Shown here piece after piece: positions 25,099 to 39,250 of a DNA stretch of 64,000 nt (positions are counted from its first letter, which is position 1; the number at the start of each line of letters is the position of its first letter). The position numbers and the translations under genes were made by a program. The DNA is from Hemiscyllium ocellatum (Eukaryota), in the NCBI RefSeq assembly GCF_020745735.1, contig NC_083403.1, positions 98,356,378 to 98,420,377 of the forward strand, written 5' to 3'. Under the pieces are notes generated by a model that was given only the letters and a program-made list of their open reading frames with translations, was not told the origin of the DNA and did no database searches.

Positions 25099-26547
25099 TG
25101 ATTTCCTTTCATTTGAACTCTACTCTTCAATAGGTAGAGTATGCTTTATCTTCTTTCTGAATCCACCTTGCTACCTTCAATAGTATGCAATTATATATTC
25201 TGAGATTCCTCTGAGCCTGCACTCACTTTAGAATGCTGCCCTTTATTTTATTTTGTTACTCCTCATTCTTCATACCAATAATGAAATACTTCACACTTGA
25301 AATCCAAACAGCATATTTTGATTTGTCCAAGCAACTTTCAGTCAACTAAGAATGAAAATTAAAATTGTGAACTTGACCATTATTTAATTTTGGGCTTGAA
25401 GTCACAACATACTGACCTATAAGTGGAAGAGCACTGAACTGAACAAGCCGGCACAGGTAAATTATATTGCATCTGTTATCCCAATCTTATCACTGATATT
25501 GCATAATTGTGAATGACATATTTCAATTTCACAAGGATTGATGAGAGGTTGTTCAATTTAGAAGGTAATTGACTATCAGATGGTAAACCAGAATTTTATT
25601 TGCCTGGAAGTTTTCTTTTCTGCTGAGAGATAGAGAAAGAGAGATGGGATGGCAAAAATTAGTATTTCAATTGGATAAAATATATTACAGAATGAAACAT
25701 TTTCTCTGGATCAGGGAGAGTTACTAAGTCTGCAGGTTAATTAGTCAAATGTCCAAAAGCTGATATTTCATATTGAACCTCAGCCACAACCCTATTTAAA
25801 TTCTCCTTTTTAACATATGTTGAATGTTGGCTAAATCTTCAAAGGAATCTACTACAAACTCAAAGTCTGTGCTCACTTAAATTATTTGCAATCTAAATTC
25901 AAAATGATGCAAGACTTAGATGAAAGTGTACGAGAGATGTGAGTTGGATAGGGGAATATTCTAGACCAAAATCATAATATGTATTTTTAGGATTGATTAT
26001 TAGTTCAATAATCATTAGAAGACAGTTACTAACTAATGTGTTTCAAATTACTAAGGATTGTAGCTTTAGTTCGACTTCTTTAGTCATTAGCTACACCTGA
26101 AATATTGTTCAGTTATGTGTCGATTTTATTAGCTGATAGACTAGACATATTGCTTGAAATGGAGACAGAAGAGAGGGGAGTGAATACAGTAGTTTGAAAG
26201 TTTCCCATTCTTGTAGTGAGGAACATCAATGTGTAATTATCTCTGTACCCTCCACACTTGAAGAAAGTGTTTCAAATTGAAGAAAAAAATATCCAAAAGA
26301 GTCTCGGAGTGAAGATCAGCTTATTGAGAAGCTGCAGTTTAGCTCAAATATAATATACCATCAGAATAACTAGATATATGATGGGAATAGATGAGAATGG
26401 TTTACCAGTTTCAGATCATATCAAACACAGATGATTCCAAGTAGATTGATCTCAAAAGCTCCCAGGAGCAACCTTTCTAGCCTTGTAGGGGAAAATTACT
26501 ACAGGGGCTGGAATCTGTACTGAAAATAATCAATGCTGGAGATCACA

Positions 26548-26810
26548 GCAGGGTGGCACAGTGGTTAGCATTGCTGCCTCACAGCCCCAGAGACCCAGGT
26601 TCAACTCCCGCCTCAAGCGACTGATTGTGTGGAGTTTGCACATTCTCCCCGTGTCTCCGTGGGTTTCCTCTGGGTGCTCCGGTTTCCTCCCACAGTCCAA
26701 AAATGTGCACGTTAAGTGAATTGGCCATGCTAAATTGCCTGTAGTGTTAGGTGTAGGGGAATGGATCTGGGTGGGTTGTGCTTTGGTGGGTCGGTGTGGA
26801 CTTGTTGGAC
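26548..26810 (+). mobile_element. HE1/V-SINE copy inserted in a PLE pLTR
   Basis: GGTGGCACAGTGGTTAGC A box, GGTTCAACTCC B box, V-domain. Confidence 0.88.
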
Positions 26811-27029
26811 TAATTGATCTCTGAGTAATCTGAGATAGCATTCATAGAGAGCAAACTAATGTTTTGAGTCCAGAAGACTCTTCACCAGAGCTGGTGAAAT
26901 GTGGAGGGTACAGCACTTATACTATTGTTGTGGGGGGTGCAAGGTGTGGGTTCGGAGTACTGGTAGAGTAAATATTTTGGTAGTTCAGATTAAGTGATTG
27001 GAACCGTGAGAATGACAAAGCAATAGCGA

Positions 27030-29740
27030 GCAGGGTGAGGAATGGATGTTGCAGGTTCCAGGGTTTAGATCTTTCATTAAAAACAGGCAAGGAGGCATGG
27101 CCTTGTTAGTCAAAGATAGTATAACAGTGGCTGAGAGAACTTTTGATGAGGACTTGTCTACTGAGGTAGTGTGGGCTGAGGTTAGAAACAGGAGAGGAGA
27201 GGTTGCAACTTCTTGGAGTTTTTTATAGGCCTCCGCAGAGTTTCAGGGAGGTGGAAGAGAGGATTAGCAACACTATTCTGGGTAGGAGTGAAAGGAACAG
27301 GGTGGTCATTATGGGGGACTTTAACTTCCCCAACATTGACTGGAAATGTCATAGCTCTAGTACATCGGATGGATCAGTTTTTGTCCAATGTATACAGAAC
27401 GGTTTCCTGACATAGTATGTCGAAGGGCCAACAAGAGGGGAAGCCACACTGGATCTGGTGCTTGGTAATGAACCAAGGTGTTTGATTTAGTTGTAGGTGA
27501 GCACTTTGGAGAGAGTGACCATAATTCAGTTACATTTGGTTTAGCGATAGAAAGGGATAGGTACATGCCACAGGTCAAGAGTTATCAATGGGGCAAGGGC
27601 AATTATAATGCGATTAGGCAAGAATTAGGATGCATAGAATGGGATAGCAAAATGCAGGGATGCAATCAAAATGTGGAGCTGGTTTAAGGAACAGATATTG
27701 TGTGTCCTTGATAGGTATGTCCCTGTCAGACAGGGAGGAAGTGATAAGGTAAGGGAATCGTGACTTACTACAGAAATTGCATCTCTTGTTAAGAAGAAGA
27801 AAGAGGCTTATGTGTTGATGAGGCAAGATGGTACAGATGAGGCGATGGAGAGTTACGGATCAGCTAGGAAGGATTTTAAGAGAGAGTTAAGAAGAGCAAA
27901 GAGAGGACATGAGCAGTCTTTAGCAAATAGAATAAAGGAGAACCCTAAAGCTTTCTATAGGTATGTGAGGAATAAAAGGATGATTAGGGTAGGAATAGGG
28001 CCAGTCAAAGACAGAAATGGGAAGTTGTGTGTAGAACCTGTGGAGATCGGAGAGGTGCTAAATGAACATTTCTCATCGGTGTTCACTCAGGAAAAGGAGA
28101 ATATTGTAGAGGAGAAGAATGAGGTACGAGATATTAGACTAGAAAGGATCGAGGTTAATTACGCATAGGTGTTATCAATTCTAGAAGGAGTGAAAGTAGA
28201 CAAGTCCCTTGGGCTGAATGGGATTTATCCGAGGATTCTTTGGGAAGCTAGGGAGGAGCCTTTGGCTTTGATATTTGAGTCATCATTGTCTACAGATTTA
28301 GTACCTGAGGACTAGAGGATTGCAAATGTTGTGCCCTTGTTCAAGAAGGGCAGCAGAGATGACCCAGGTAATTATAGACCAGTGAGCCTTACTTCTGTTG
28401 TAGGAAAGGTTTTGGAAAGGATTATGAGAGATAAGATTTATAATCATCTAGCAAGCAACAATTTGATTTCAGATAGTCAACATGGTTTCGTCAAGGGCAG
28501 GTCGTGTCTCACAATCCCCATTCAGTTTTTTGAGAAGGTGACCAAGTATGTAGATCAGGGTAGGGCAGTTGACGTCGTATACTTGGACTTCAGTAAAGTC
28601 TTTGATAAGATTCCACATGATAGGCTGATGGAGAAAATACAGAAGCATGGGATTGAGGGTCATTTAGCAGTTTGGATTAGAAACTGGCTTTCTGAAAGAA
28701 GGCAGCGAGTGGTGGTTGATGGAAAATATTCAGTCTGGAGTCCAGTTACTAGTGGTGTGCCACAAGGATCTGTTTTAGGATCACTCCTGCTTGCCATTTT
28801 TATAAATTACTTAGACATAGGTTTAGGTGGATGGATTAGTAAATTTGCAGACGACACTAAAATCGGTGGCGTAGTGGACAGTTTGAAAGAATGTTACAGG
28901 TTGCAGAGGGACTTGAATAAACTGCAGAATTGGACTGAGAGGTGACAAATGGAGTTCAATGCAGCTAAATGTGATGTGATGCACTTTGGGAAGAGTAACA
29001 GGATGGCAGAGTATTTAGTACATGGAAAGATTCTTGGTAGTGTGGATGTGCAGAGGGATCTTGGAGTCCATGTGCATAGATCCCTGAAAGTTGCCACCCA
29101 GGTGGATAGTGCTGTTAAGAAGGAATATGGTGTGTTAGGTTTCATTGGTAGGGGGATTGAGTTCCGGAACCGCAATATCATGCTGCAACTATACAAAATG
29201 CTGGTGCGGCCACACTTGGAATATTGTGTACAGTTCTGGTCGCCCCATTACAGAAAGGATGTGGAAGCATTGGAAAAGGTGCAGAAGAGATTTACCAGGA
29301 TGTTGCCTAGTCTGGAGGGAAGGTCTTATGAGGAAAGGCTGAGAGACTTGGGTCTATTCTCATTGGAAAGAAGAAGGCTAAGGGGGGATTTGATAGAGAC
29401 ATACAAGATGATCAGGGGATTAGATAGGTAGACAGAAAAAGACTTTTTCCTAGAATGTTGACGTCAGCCTGTACAAGAGGGCATAACTACAAATTGAGGG
29501 GTGATAGATTTAAGACAGATATCAGAGGCAAGTTCTTTACACAGAGAGTGGTAAGGGTGTGGAATGCCCTACCTGTTAAGGTAGTCAACTCAGCTACATT
29601 AGGGAGATTTAAACAATCCTTAGATAAGCACATAGATGATTTTAGGATAGTGTAGGGGGACGAGCTGAGAATAGTTTACAGGTCAGCACAACATCAAGGG
29701 CCGAAGGGCCTGTTCTACGCTGTATTGTTCTATGTTCTAT
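27030..29740 (+). mobile_element. CR1 LINE, long 5'-truncated copy (part of endonuclease, RT, 3' tail)
   Basis: GVFYRPP..MGDFNFPNIDW, SDHN (APE endonuclease); NYRPVSLTS, QHGFVKGRSC, KFADDTK; tail TATTGTTCTATGTTCTAT. Confidence 0.95.
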
Positions 29741-31689
29741 GTCTCCTGCCAGGCTTGACACACAGTCCCACTGGGATAGCAGGAGGGGAGAGGACCTAAC
29801 AAAATGTAACAAGCTAAAGAAAGGAAAGAAATGGTTCACAATTTGAAGATGTTGACCACAAGTTCAGAAGGCTGTAAAGTGCCTAGTCTGAATCTGTTCC
29901 TCCAGTTTGCGCTGTGATTCACTGGAACACTGCAGCGTGCCAAGGACTGCCATGTGGCATGCAAGCAGGATGCTGTGTTAATGATTGGCTACAGGAAGTT
30001 TGGGGTCATGCTTGCATGTAGAACAGAGGTGTTCCACAAAGCAGTCACACAGTCTACATTTGGTTTCTTCAATGTAGAGTAGGCCACATTGGGTGCAGCA
30101 AATACAATACACAAGATTGGAGGAGGTACAGGTGAAATGCTGCTTCACCTAGAAAGACTGTTTCGGATCTTGAAAGGTGAGCAGGGAGGAGGGGAGGGGG
30201 CAAGTGTTACACCTTCTGTGGTTTCATGGAAGGTGTGATGGGGAGTTGGGGGTGGTGTTGATGGTTGTTGAAGGGACTAAAGTGTCCCAGAGGGAACAAT
30301 CCCTGCTGGAGGTGTCTGAAATGGCAGAGAATAGTCATTTGAATGTGAAGGCTGGTGGAATGAAAGTGATGATAAGGGGAACTAGATCTCACAATTGTAA
30401 ATGATAGGAAGGGGCAAGGGCAGGAGGAAGGGTGTTAGGTCAGAAGAGGTTGAAGACTGTGTCAACCACAGTGAGCGGTATACTAAGGTTATGGAAGAAG
30501 CAAGCCATGTCAGCAATGTTATTTCAGAAGGTGTCATCATTAGAACAGATACAACATAGGCAAAGGAAATGGGATGGAGTCCTTGCAGAATTGTGGCGAG
30601 CTGTATTGAGGATACCAATGGGAGTCAATGATTTTGTAGGGGACGGCAGCAGCCAGTTTATTCCCTGAAATGGAGATGGAAAGGATGTGTCAGAAATGGA
30701 CAATGTGGACGTTATAGAGGAGTGGAATTTGGAGGCAAAATGAACAAAGATTTCTAGGTCCTGGCAGGAGCATGAAGCAGTACCAAAGCAGTTGTCAATG
30801 TACTGACTAAAGAGTTGTGGTAGGGGGCCAGTGTAAGACTGTAACAAGGATCATTCCACATACCCATAAAGAGGCAGCCATAACTGGGAGCCAGGCGGGT
30901 ACCCATAACCACTCCTTGGACTTGGCAGAAGTGAAATGGATTAGAGGAGAAATTGTCCAGTGAGAGAACAAGTTCAGCCAAGCGGAGGAGAATGGTGGGT
31001 GGGGATTGTTCAGGCCTCTGTTTGAGGGAAAAGCCGAGAGCTCTCAGACTATCCTGATGGGGAATGGAGGCATGCAGGGATTGAACATCCATAGTGAACA
31101 GAAGGCAGTTATGGCCGGGGAATTGAAAATTATCAATATATTGGAGGGCATCAGAGGAATCGTGAATGTGGGTGGGCAGGTTCTAGACAAGTGGAGAGAG
31201 GATGGAGACAAGGTAGAAGCAAATGAGGTAAAATGGGCCAGGAACAGGCTGGTACGATGAGCCTACGGGGCAGTCTGGTTTGTGGATTTTGAGAAGGTGA
31301 TAGAAATGGCCTGTCAAAGTTTGGGAGATTACTAGATTGGAGGCAGTGAAGGGAAGATCTCCAGAGGTAATGAGGTCAGAGATGGTCCTGGCAACAATGG
31401 CTTGATTTTTGGATGTGGGTCATGGTCCATGGGGAGTAGGAAGAAGTGTCTGAGAGCTGGCATTGAGCCTCCACAAGGTAAAGGCTCAAGTGGTGTGCCC
31501 AAAACACTTTTGTCAGCCGATTTGATTACAAAGCTAGGGTTGACCTAAGACAGCGAAGTTTTGCAATTTCAGAAGGGGACAGGTTAGCATGTATATGAGG
31601 AGCAGAGAAATTAAAATGGCCAATGTCATGTCAGTAGTTTTTATGAAGAGATCATGAACAGCTGAGAGGTCAAGGGAAGGTGCCCCCCT

Positions 31690-33985
31690 CCCCCCGCCAT
31701 TTTCTTCAGGCTGGACATCCCTCTGCCACCCCCTTGTTTCACTGATCCCTTCACCTACCTCCAGGATTCTCCTGCACTTGGACCCCTTCCCCCACCTCTA
31801 ATCTGCCCTCGATCTCTTCCTTGAAAACTGCCAACATGGCATCGGCCGTCTCAACTTCTCTCCCCCTTTTAACCATTCTAACCTGTTCCCTTCTGAAATT
31901 GCAGCACTTCACTCTCTTAGATCCAACCCTAACTTTCTTTATGAAACCAGCCAACAAAAGTGACGCTGTTGTAGTCTGGCACACTGACTCAACACCAGCT
32001 CTCATTTCTTTTCACCACCCTCTGGTCATTGAGCCATGGTTGCCAGGACTATCACCAACATCATTACCTCCCCCCACTACCTTCAATCTAGTAGTCTCCC
32101 ACCCTGGACAGTTAGTTTGTACTTCCTTCCCAAAATCCACAAAACAGGTTGCCCCAGTAGGCCGATCGTATCAGCCCATTCCTGCCCCATTGACCTAATT
32201 TCCTTCTACCTTGATTCCATCCTCTCTCCACTTGTCCAGACCCCACCCACACACATCTGCGATATCTCTGATGCCCTCCCCCATATTGACAATTTCCAAT
32301 TCCCTGGTCCTAACTGCCTCCTGTTCACCATGGATGTTCAATCTCTCCATATCTCCATTCCCCATCAGGATGGTCTGAGAGCGCTCAGCTTCTTTCTCGA
32401 TTAGAGGCCTGAACATATCCCATGCACTACCACTTTTCTCTTCCTGGCTGAGCTTGTTCTGTCACTTAACAATTTCTCCTTTATTTCATCTCACTTCTGT
32501 TAAGTCAATGGAGTGTCTATGAGCACCCGTCTGGGTCCCAGTTATGACTCCTTTTTATGGGACATGTGGAACAATCCTTGTTCAAGTCTTCCACTGGCCC
32601 CCTCCCACAACTCTTTTCTTGATACACCGCTTTGGCCAGAACCATGAAAAGTTTGTTCATTTTGCCTCCAATTTCCTTTCCTCTGTAGTTTCCACATCAT
32701 TCATTTCTGACACTTCCTTCCCTTGACGTCTCTGTCTCCATTTTGGGGAATAAATTGTCCACTGACATCCACTACAATGCCACTGACTCCCATAGTTACC
32801 TTCACTACAGCTTGTCACACCCCACATCCTGGAAGGACTCCATCCCATTCTCCCAGTTCTTTGAACTATGTCATATCTGTTCAGGTGATGCCACCTTCTG
32901 AAACAGCGCTGTTGACATGGCTTGCTTCTTCCATAACTGTAGTTCCCTGCCCACTGTGTTTGACAGAGCCTTCAACCTCTTCCCTGCTTTGGCCCTTATC
33001 CCTTCCCAACATTCATAACAGTGTGATCAAGTTTCCCTGTCCTCACTTTTTATCCCACCAGCCTTCGCATTCAAAGGAGAATTCTCAGCCATTTCAGATA
33101 ACTCTAGTAGAACACCTTCACCAAACACAAAATCCCCTCAAAGCCATGTCTGTATTTTGCAGGGATCATTCCCTCCAGGAGACCCTGGTCCACTTCACAA
33201 CCACCAACAGCAAATCCCTTCCCCATGATACTTTCCCAGTAACTGCAGGAAGTGCAACACCTGCCTCCTCACCTCCTCCCTGCCTACCATCCAAGGGCTG
33301 AAACACTCTTTACAGGGGAATCTTGTCTACTGTATTCGCTGCACCTAATGTGGCCAACTCTACATTGGAGAGACCAAACGCAGACTGGGTAACTGTTCTA
33401 TGGAACATCGCCAGTCTGTGCACAAGCATGACACTCACCTTTCAGCATCCTGCACGCAATGCCCACATGTCTGTCCTCAGCATGCTGCAATGTTTTAATG
33501 AATCACAGCACAAACTGGGGGAACAACAGCTCATTGTCAGACTGGGCACTTTCTAGCCTTCTAGATTTAATATCAAGTTGAACACCTTCAAATTTCTTCC
33601 CTTTCTTTTAACTTGTTATATTCTGTTATCATGTCCTCTCTCCCCTCCGGCAATCCCAGTGCAACTGTTTGTCCTTTCAAGTCTTGCATTGTCCTGCCAT
33701 TCTCACATTCTGATCACTTCATCTGAACTATCAATACCTTTCTCCACCAGCACCCACTCCCACTACCCTAACTGCCCACACCCCCACCCCCAAACTATAG
33801 CATAAATGCTGTCCCCTCTACACTTCACTTCAGCGCTGATGAAGAATTATCTAGACTCAAAACATTAGCTTGCTCTCTGCCCATGGATGCAGTGCGAGCA
33901 GAATGCTGTGTTAAAATGGCTGGCTACAGAAAGGTCAGGGTCATGCTTGCACAGAGACTGACCTGCACCATTGATTGTTTTCAAT
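31690..33985 (+). mobile_element. Decayed Neptune-type PLE (right arm of the inverted pair)
   Basis: MKPANKSDAVVVW, YFLPKIHKTGCPSRPIVS, MDVQSLHISIPHQDGLRAL, YCIRC..YIGET; pLTR with CTGATGAAGAATTATCTAGACTCAAAACATT (~33837) mirrored at ~26858-26888. Confidence 0.88.
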
Positions 33986-34238
33986 ATTTTTCCTCCCTTG
34001 TTTCGCAGTTTGGTATCAAGTGAAGCTTTAGACTGTTTCTTTAAGCCAACCTTTAAGTTTGAACTGCTCTTTCCACCAGACCATTGAATGATGGATGTCT
34101 TTGCATGACAAAAGCCATTTGACTTATGAAATACTCAATTTCCCTGCTGATAAATCATGGCTTGTGGTATGTGGCCAGTGTCTCCAGGAGCCCATGTATT
34201 GTAAAAGATGCTCACAACTTTTCTATTGTCATCTCTAT

Positions 34239-34461
34239 TGTCGAAAAATGTGGTGCTAGAAAAACACAGCAGGCCAGGCAGCATCTGAGGAGCAGAAGAA
34301 TTGATGTTTTGGGCATAAGCCCTTCTTCAGGAATGATTCCTGAAGAAGGGCTTATGCCCAAAACATCAATTCTCCTGCTCCTTTGATGCTGCCTGGCCTG
34401 TGTTTTTCCAACACCACATTTTTCAACTCTGATCTCCAGCATCTGCAGTCCTCACTTTCTC
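34239..34461. mobile_element. Short near-perfect palindromic PLE pLTR-end insertion with two inverted hammerhead-derived motifs
   Basis: Axis GGAATGATTCC (~34330-34340); both arms read CTGAAGAAGGGCTTATGCCCAAAACATC; perfect 16-bp TSD CTATTGTCATCTCTAT at 34223-34238 and 34462-34477. Confidence 0.9.
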
Positions 34462-34479
34462 CTATTGTCATCTCTATGT

Positions 34480-35480
34480 TTGACAAATGAATTCTATGCA
34501 TGTCCAAACACTTTCAGCAGGTGTCTGCAATGCCTAAGAACGTTGAGCCCATAAGTCGACATGTAATTGAGTCCAGGGTTTACCCGGCCATTCCTATGAA
34601 TGTGGGAGAGCTGGTGACAGTAACTTTTGTCCATGTTGACACTCTAGGCACTGCCCCACCAACGCATCTAAGTGTACACACACTCCTTGGTACCAGACAT
34701 AATGTCTGGTGTCTTACCAACATATTTATCTTGGACACCCCTGGATGACCCTGGTGGTGTTCAGCCAGTATCTGGAGGTGACCTTTGGATGAAATATTCA
34801 CTCTTGCTCCCCATAAAAAAAATGCCGTCCTCGACAGCGAACTGGTCTCACCAAGTCCAGAAAAGTCTCAATTCTGGTTATTCAACTTTTTGTTTCCCAC
34901 ATCACCACCATCTGTTTTAGTTTTGCCACTACTGGATCTTTTTGCATCCATAGTCTGATGTTATCAGAGATGACTAGAAAGGTGTCCATAAAATTTAAAA
35001 TCAGAACAGACTCTTCCAGTGCTGGCACCACCAATGTATGTGTGCCAGTAGGAGGTGGTTCAAGGCATCGTATTTGCTACTTAGCCTCCTGGATGGTGTT
35101 CCAACTTGTAATCGTATGCACCTAGAATGATAGCCCACTGCTGAATTCAACCTGAAGCTGAGGGCAGCATGGCCTTGTTCTTTTTAAGTAGCCCTAGCAG
35201 TGGTTTATGATCTGTTACTATTATAAATTTACACCCGTAAAGGTATTTTGTCACACCAAAAATGACTGCCAAACCTTCCTTCTCTATCTGGACGTATTTG
35301 CACTCTGTGTCAGCCAAAGTCCAGGAAGTACACAGTATTGGGCATTCTCTCCATTGGGTCATCTATGAACCAACACCACCCAATACCATACAGAGAGGCA
35401 TTGCATGTCAGCACCAGATCTCGTTTGGGATCATAGGGTGCTAACACTTTAGACTATGACAGCTGCTTTTTCACCTCCTG
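34480..35480 (-). mobile_element. Gypsy LTR-retrotransposon pol remnant (RNase H to integrase N-terminus)
   Basis: QIEKEGLAVIFGVTK..FIIVTDHKPLLGLL (ORF 35147-35362) and LAEHHQGHPGVSK (ORF 34580-34801). Confidence 0.8.
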
Positions 35481-37679
35481 GGGGAGGGGGGTGGGGGGTG
35501 GTTGAGAGAGACAGTTTATTTCAGGAGCGTGCTTTTTTTTCCATCGCCACTGATATAACTCCACAGAGGCCACTGTCCTGTCATCTAGACACCCATTATT
35601 CACACCTTCACAGTGTTTGACACTGGTCCAGCTTCCTCAGAGCCAGCTGTAAGTGGACAGAACCTCTGACACCACCTATGTATGCTTTTAAATCCCCCGC
35701 ACTACCACTGCACAGCAGTTATGCTTATATTTTCCCATCACCTGTGGTTCTATGTGTGTACATGCTCAGCAAAAGACACCATTGCACATGAATTTTGTTT
35801 TTTTCTGGTGGTGGAAATATAAAATACTGATGTGGCCAATGAACCATTAACAAGCAAAGCCCAATAAAGGCAATGCCGACGTGAAAAAAGCAGTGAATGG
35901 AAGGGTAAAGACTACATCAAAGTAGCGTTGGAGGAAATAAAACACTCCATTCCCCATGTTGCCATCCTCCCCTTAAAGGCATCAACAGCCTTGGAAGACA
36001 CCATATGCTTCCCCTCCAATGACATCCTGGCATGAACACAATCATAGGCACTTGTGTTTATTTTCAATTTTATTTTTCTGTGTTCCCCCACACACCTGCC
36101 TAACAGGAGTAGTGCTTATTTTTCCCCAGCACCCATGTTGTATGTGTGCAGGTGTTGGACACAGTGAAAAATAACAATATGTAAATCTTTATTTATATTC
36201 CACCACCAGGAAGAAAAGGAACACCAGAGTGCCCAGTGACAAACAGTGCCCTTCTTGACAAAGCTCAATGCTGCATGATCAAAATACTGAAGGGGAGGGC
36301 AGGGAACAGATCAATATAAAGTTAGAGGGGGAAATAAAACACTCCATTCCTGTGGTGGGCACTTCTGTTTATGTCAGCCAGGGTTTCCTGATTGGACCCA
36401 TCAGGTAACTCGCATTCTGTGAGATTCACCTGGCTGACCTCATTACAATCACTACAGTCATCTTTATCAATTTAATTGTTCAATTACAGGTGAACTCGCC
36501 CAACCAGTCTCATGAAATCACATCTTATCTCGTTGCTCCCCCCTCGGTTATTTAAGTATGTGGGTTAGTCTGATTGAACTTCACCTTCAGTCCTTATAAA
36601 CAGATCTTTATTAACAGCAGAAACAGTCAGATGGGTCGGGGACAGATGGATTCCTATTTCAATAATATTCAGTACTTGTCTAATAGGTTTGACATGAAAA
36701 CTCAAAGGTATAACTAGTGGAGATTTGCTTTTGAATAGAGAATTATATTTTGGCATTATTTATGTTTGAGAATGGGTAAATGCTATGATCAATTGTAAAA
36801 TATTGAGTTATTTTGCATTTAATAATTTACTGTGTATTATCCTGCTTTGCTGTTTTTAAGGTAGCTATGATGTTCGATGTTTCATTCAAATAAAGATGTG
36901 TCATGGAAAGAAACAAAACCTAGGCTGTCTTTGGTCTTATTTTCATTAGCACCGGGAATAAATGTGTAACAATAAAATTGACCAATAGGGTAATTTTTAT
37001 TGATTGCATTCCCAGAGTGCACGCTTAACTAGAACCAATGTACATCAGAAAACTGAGACCATCATCTTCATTACATTATGACTGCTGTCATCCTTTCTTC
37101 CAGCAAGATTCCACACTGAGAAGAGATAATTAGAAAATGCCTGGTGTATCAAGAAAGACATTCAGTCAATTAGCATCATCATAAGCCCCACCATTCTGCT
37201 CTTAGACACCTGGCCACATAGTATGAAAGTATATAAAAAGACAATGTCAATATCACTGGCAAGGCCAGTACTTGTTGCCCATCCTAACTGCCCTTGAACA
37301 AGTGGCTTCCTGGCCATTCCAGAGAGCAATTAAGTCACTCAGATTGCTGTGGTTTAGAGTCACATGTAGGTCAGACCAGGTAAGGATGGCAGATTTCCTT
37401 TTCCAAAGATCATCAGGTCAGTTCTTAGTGACAATCAATGATGGTTCCATGCTCACTACCTCAGTCTTTTCTTATTTAAAAGTTTTCATCAAAATAGCTT
37501 CTAACAAAGTATTGCATTATTCTTAACAACCTGTTACATAGAAACATGGAGCTCTCTCCCAAACTGGTAATTACTTGGAGTAAAAAGTGCAGGGCACTGA
37601 GGTAAAAGCAGAGAAGTGGGAGTAGGTTAATTGCTTTTTCAGAGAATTGCACTGATTTATAAAATTCTTTTTCTCATTC

Positions 37680-39250
37680 TCTCATAGGAGGTTGGCATTG
37701 CTGGCTGGACAGCATTTATTGCCCATCCCTACAGCAGTAAGTTGCTTTCTTGAACCACTACAGTCAATGTGCTTTCGAAGAACTCACAATATCATTAGAG
37801 TATTTTCAGGATTTTGACCCAATGACCATGAAGGAATAGCAATAGTTTTCCAAGTTAGGATGGCAGTGGTGGTGTTCCCATGTAGCAGCCCCTGTCATTC
37901 TAGATGGCAAGTTCTGTCTGGTGAATTTCTGCAGTGCACCCACACTGCTGCTACTGAGTATCGTTAGTGGAGGGAGTTGATGCCTGTGGGTGTGGTGCCA
38001 GTTAAAAGGCTGTTCTGACCTGGATGTCAAGCTTCTTAAGCATTGTTGACGCTACACCAATCCAGCCAAGTGGGGAATACTCCATCACACTCCTGACTTG
38101 TGTATTATGGGCAGACTTTGAGGAGTCAGGAGATGACTTATTAAACATGTAGTCCTGCTCATGTAGCCACCGTGTTTCTATGGCTATTTTTTTGTGAAAT
38201 GGCATCTTTAAACAATATTAGCTCAGAAATAATTGCACAGAGGCTGGTATCCTGCCACCAAGTCACCCTTTATTTACTTGTGCACAGTACTGTGGCCAGT
38301 CAGCTCAGAGTCAGTCCCCTCAACTTAAGAGATTCTAAATGTCTCATTAATACTTTTCTTTTTTATATATATTTCTTTACCCCCACACTACTGCTTAACT
38401 GCAGTAGTGCTTATATTTTCCCCAGCACCCATGTTGTGTATGTGCAGTTTTGTTTTGGCCATTGGATAAATATATAGAGTCATAGAGACACACAGCATGG
38501 AAACAGACCCTTCGGTCCAACCCATCTATGCCGACCCGATATCCCAACCCAATCTCCCACCTGCCGGCACCCTGTCCATATCCCTCCAAACTCTTCCTAT
38601 TCAAATGCAAATAGTGTAGGTTAGATGGGCTTCAGACTGGGTTCACAGGTAGGCACAACATCAAGGGCTGAAAGGCCTGTACTGTGCTGTATTGTTCTAT
38701 GTTTCTGGGCAAGTCAACTTGTGTTTCTGTTAATGATCACTCCAAGGATGTTTGTAGTGGGGAATTCAGTGGGAGCAAAACATCTTTGAATGTCAAGGGA
38801 CTGTGGTTAGAATGTCCCTCACTGGAGATGGTCATTGCCTGGCATTTCTGTGGTATGAATGTTAATTGACACTAGTCAGCCCAAGCTTGGTTATTGTTCG
38901 GATCTTATTGCATTTGAGCACAGAGAGCTTTAGCATCTGAGGAGTCACTAATGGCACAGAACATCACACATTAATCAGCAAATATCTCCACTTCTGACCT
39001 TATGAAGGGATAAAGCAGCTAAAGATGGTTAGGCCTATGTTGCTACCCTGATGAACATCTGCAGAAATGCCCTGGAGCTGAGATGACTAACCTGCAACTA
39101 TTCAACCATCTTCCCAAGCTCCAGGTATGACTTTCACCTGTGGTGAGATTTGAATCCCCTCTCTTCGATTCCTTTTTTGCTAGGTCTTCTTGATGTCACT
39201 TTCACCTTAGGAATTAAGCCCTTTTGTCTATGTTTGAAACAAGGCTGTAA
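37680..39250 (-). mobile_element. Old non-LTR retrotransposon remnant with nested fragments
   Basis: QVRSVMEYSPLGW..LKKLDI (ORF 38002-38205) resembles a LINE ORF2 C-terminus; a related sequence lies at ~17500-17930. Confidence 0.6.

Larger units (their letters stand above)
26490..31680 (-). mobile_element. Decayed Neptune-type PLE (left arm of a large inverted pair), interrupted by a SINE and a CR1
   Basis: MDVQSLHASIPHQDSLRAL (ORF 30754-31092), FSQYIDNCFG; GIY-YIG remnant ~29900-30150; pLTR pieces at 26490-26547, 26812-27030 and 29741-29900. Confidence 0.85.
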
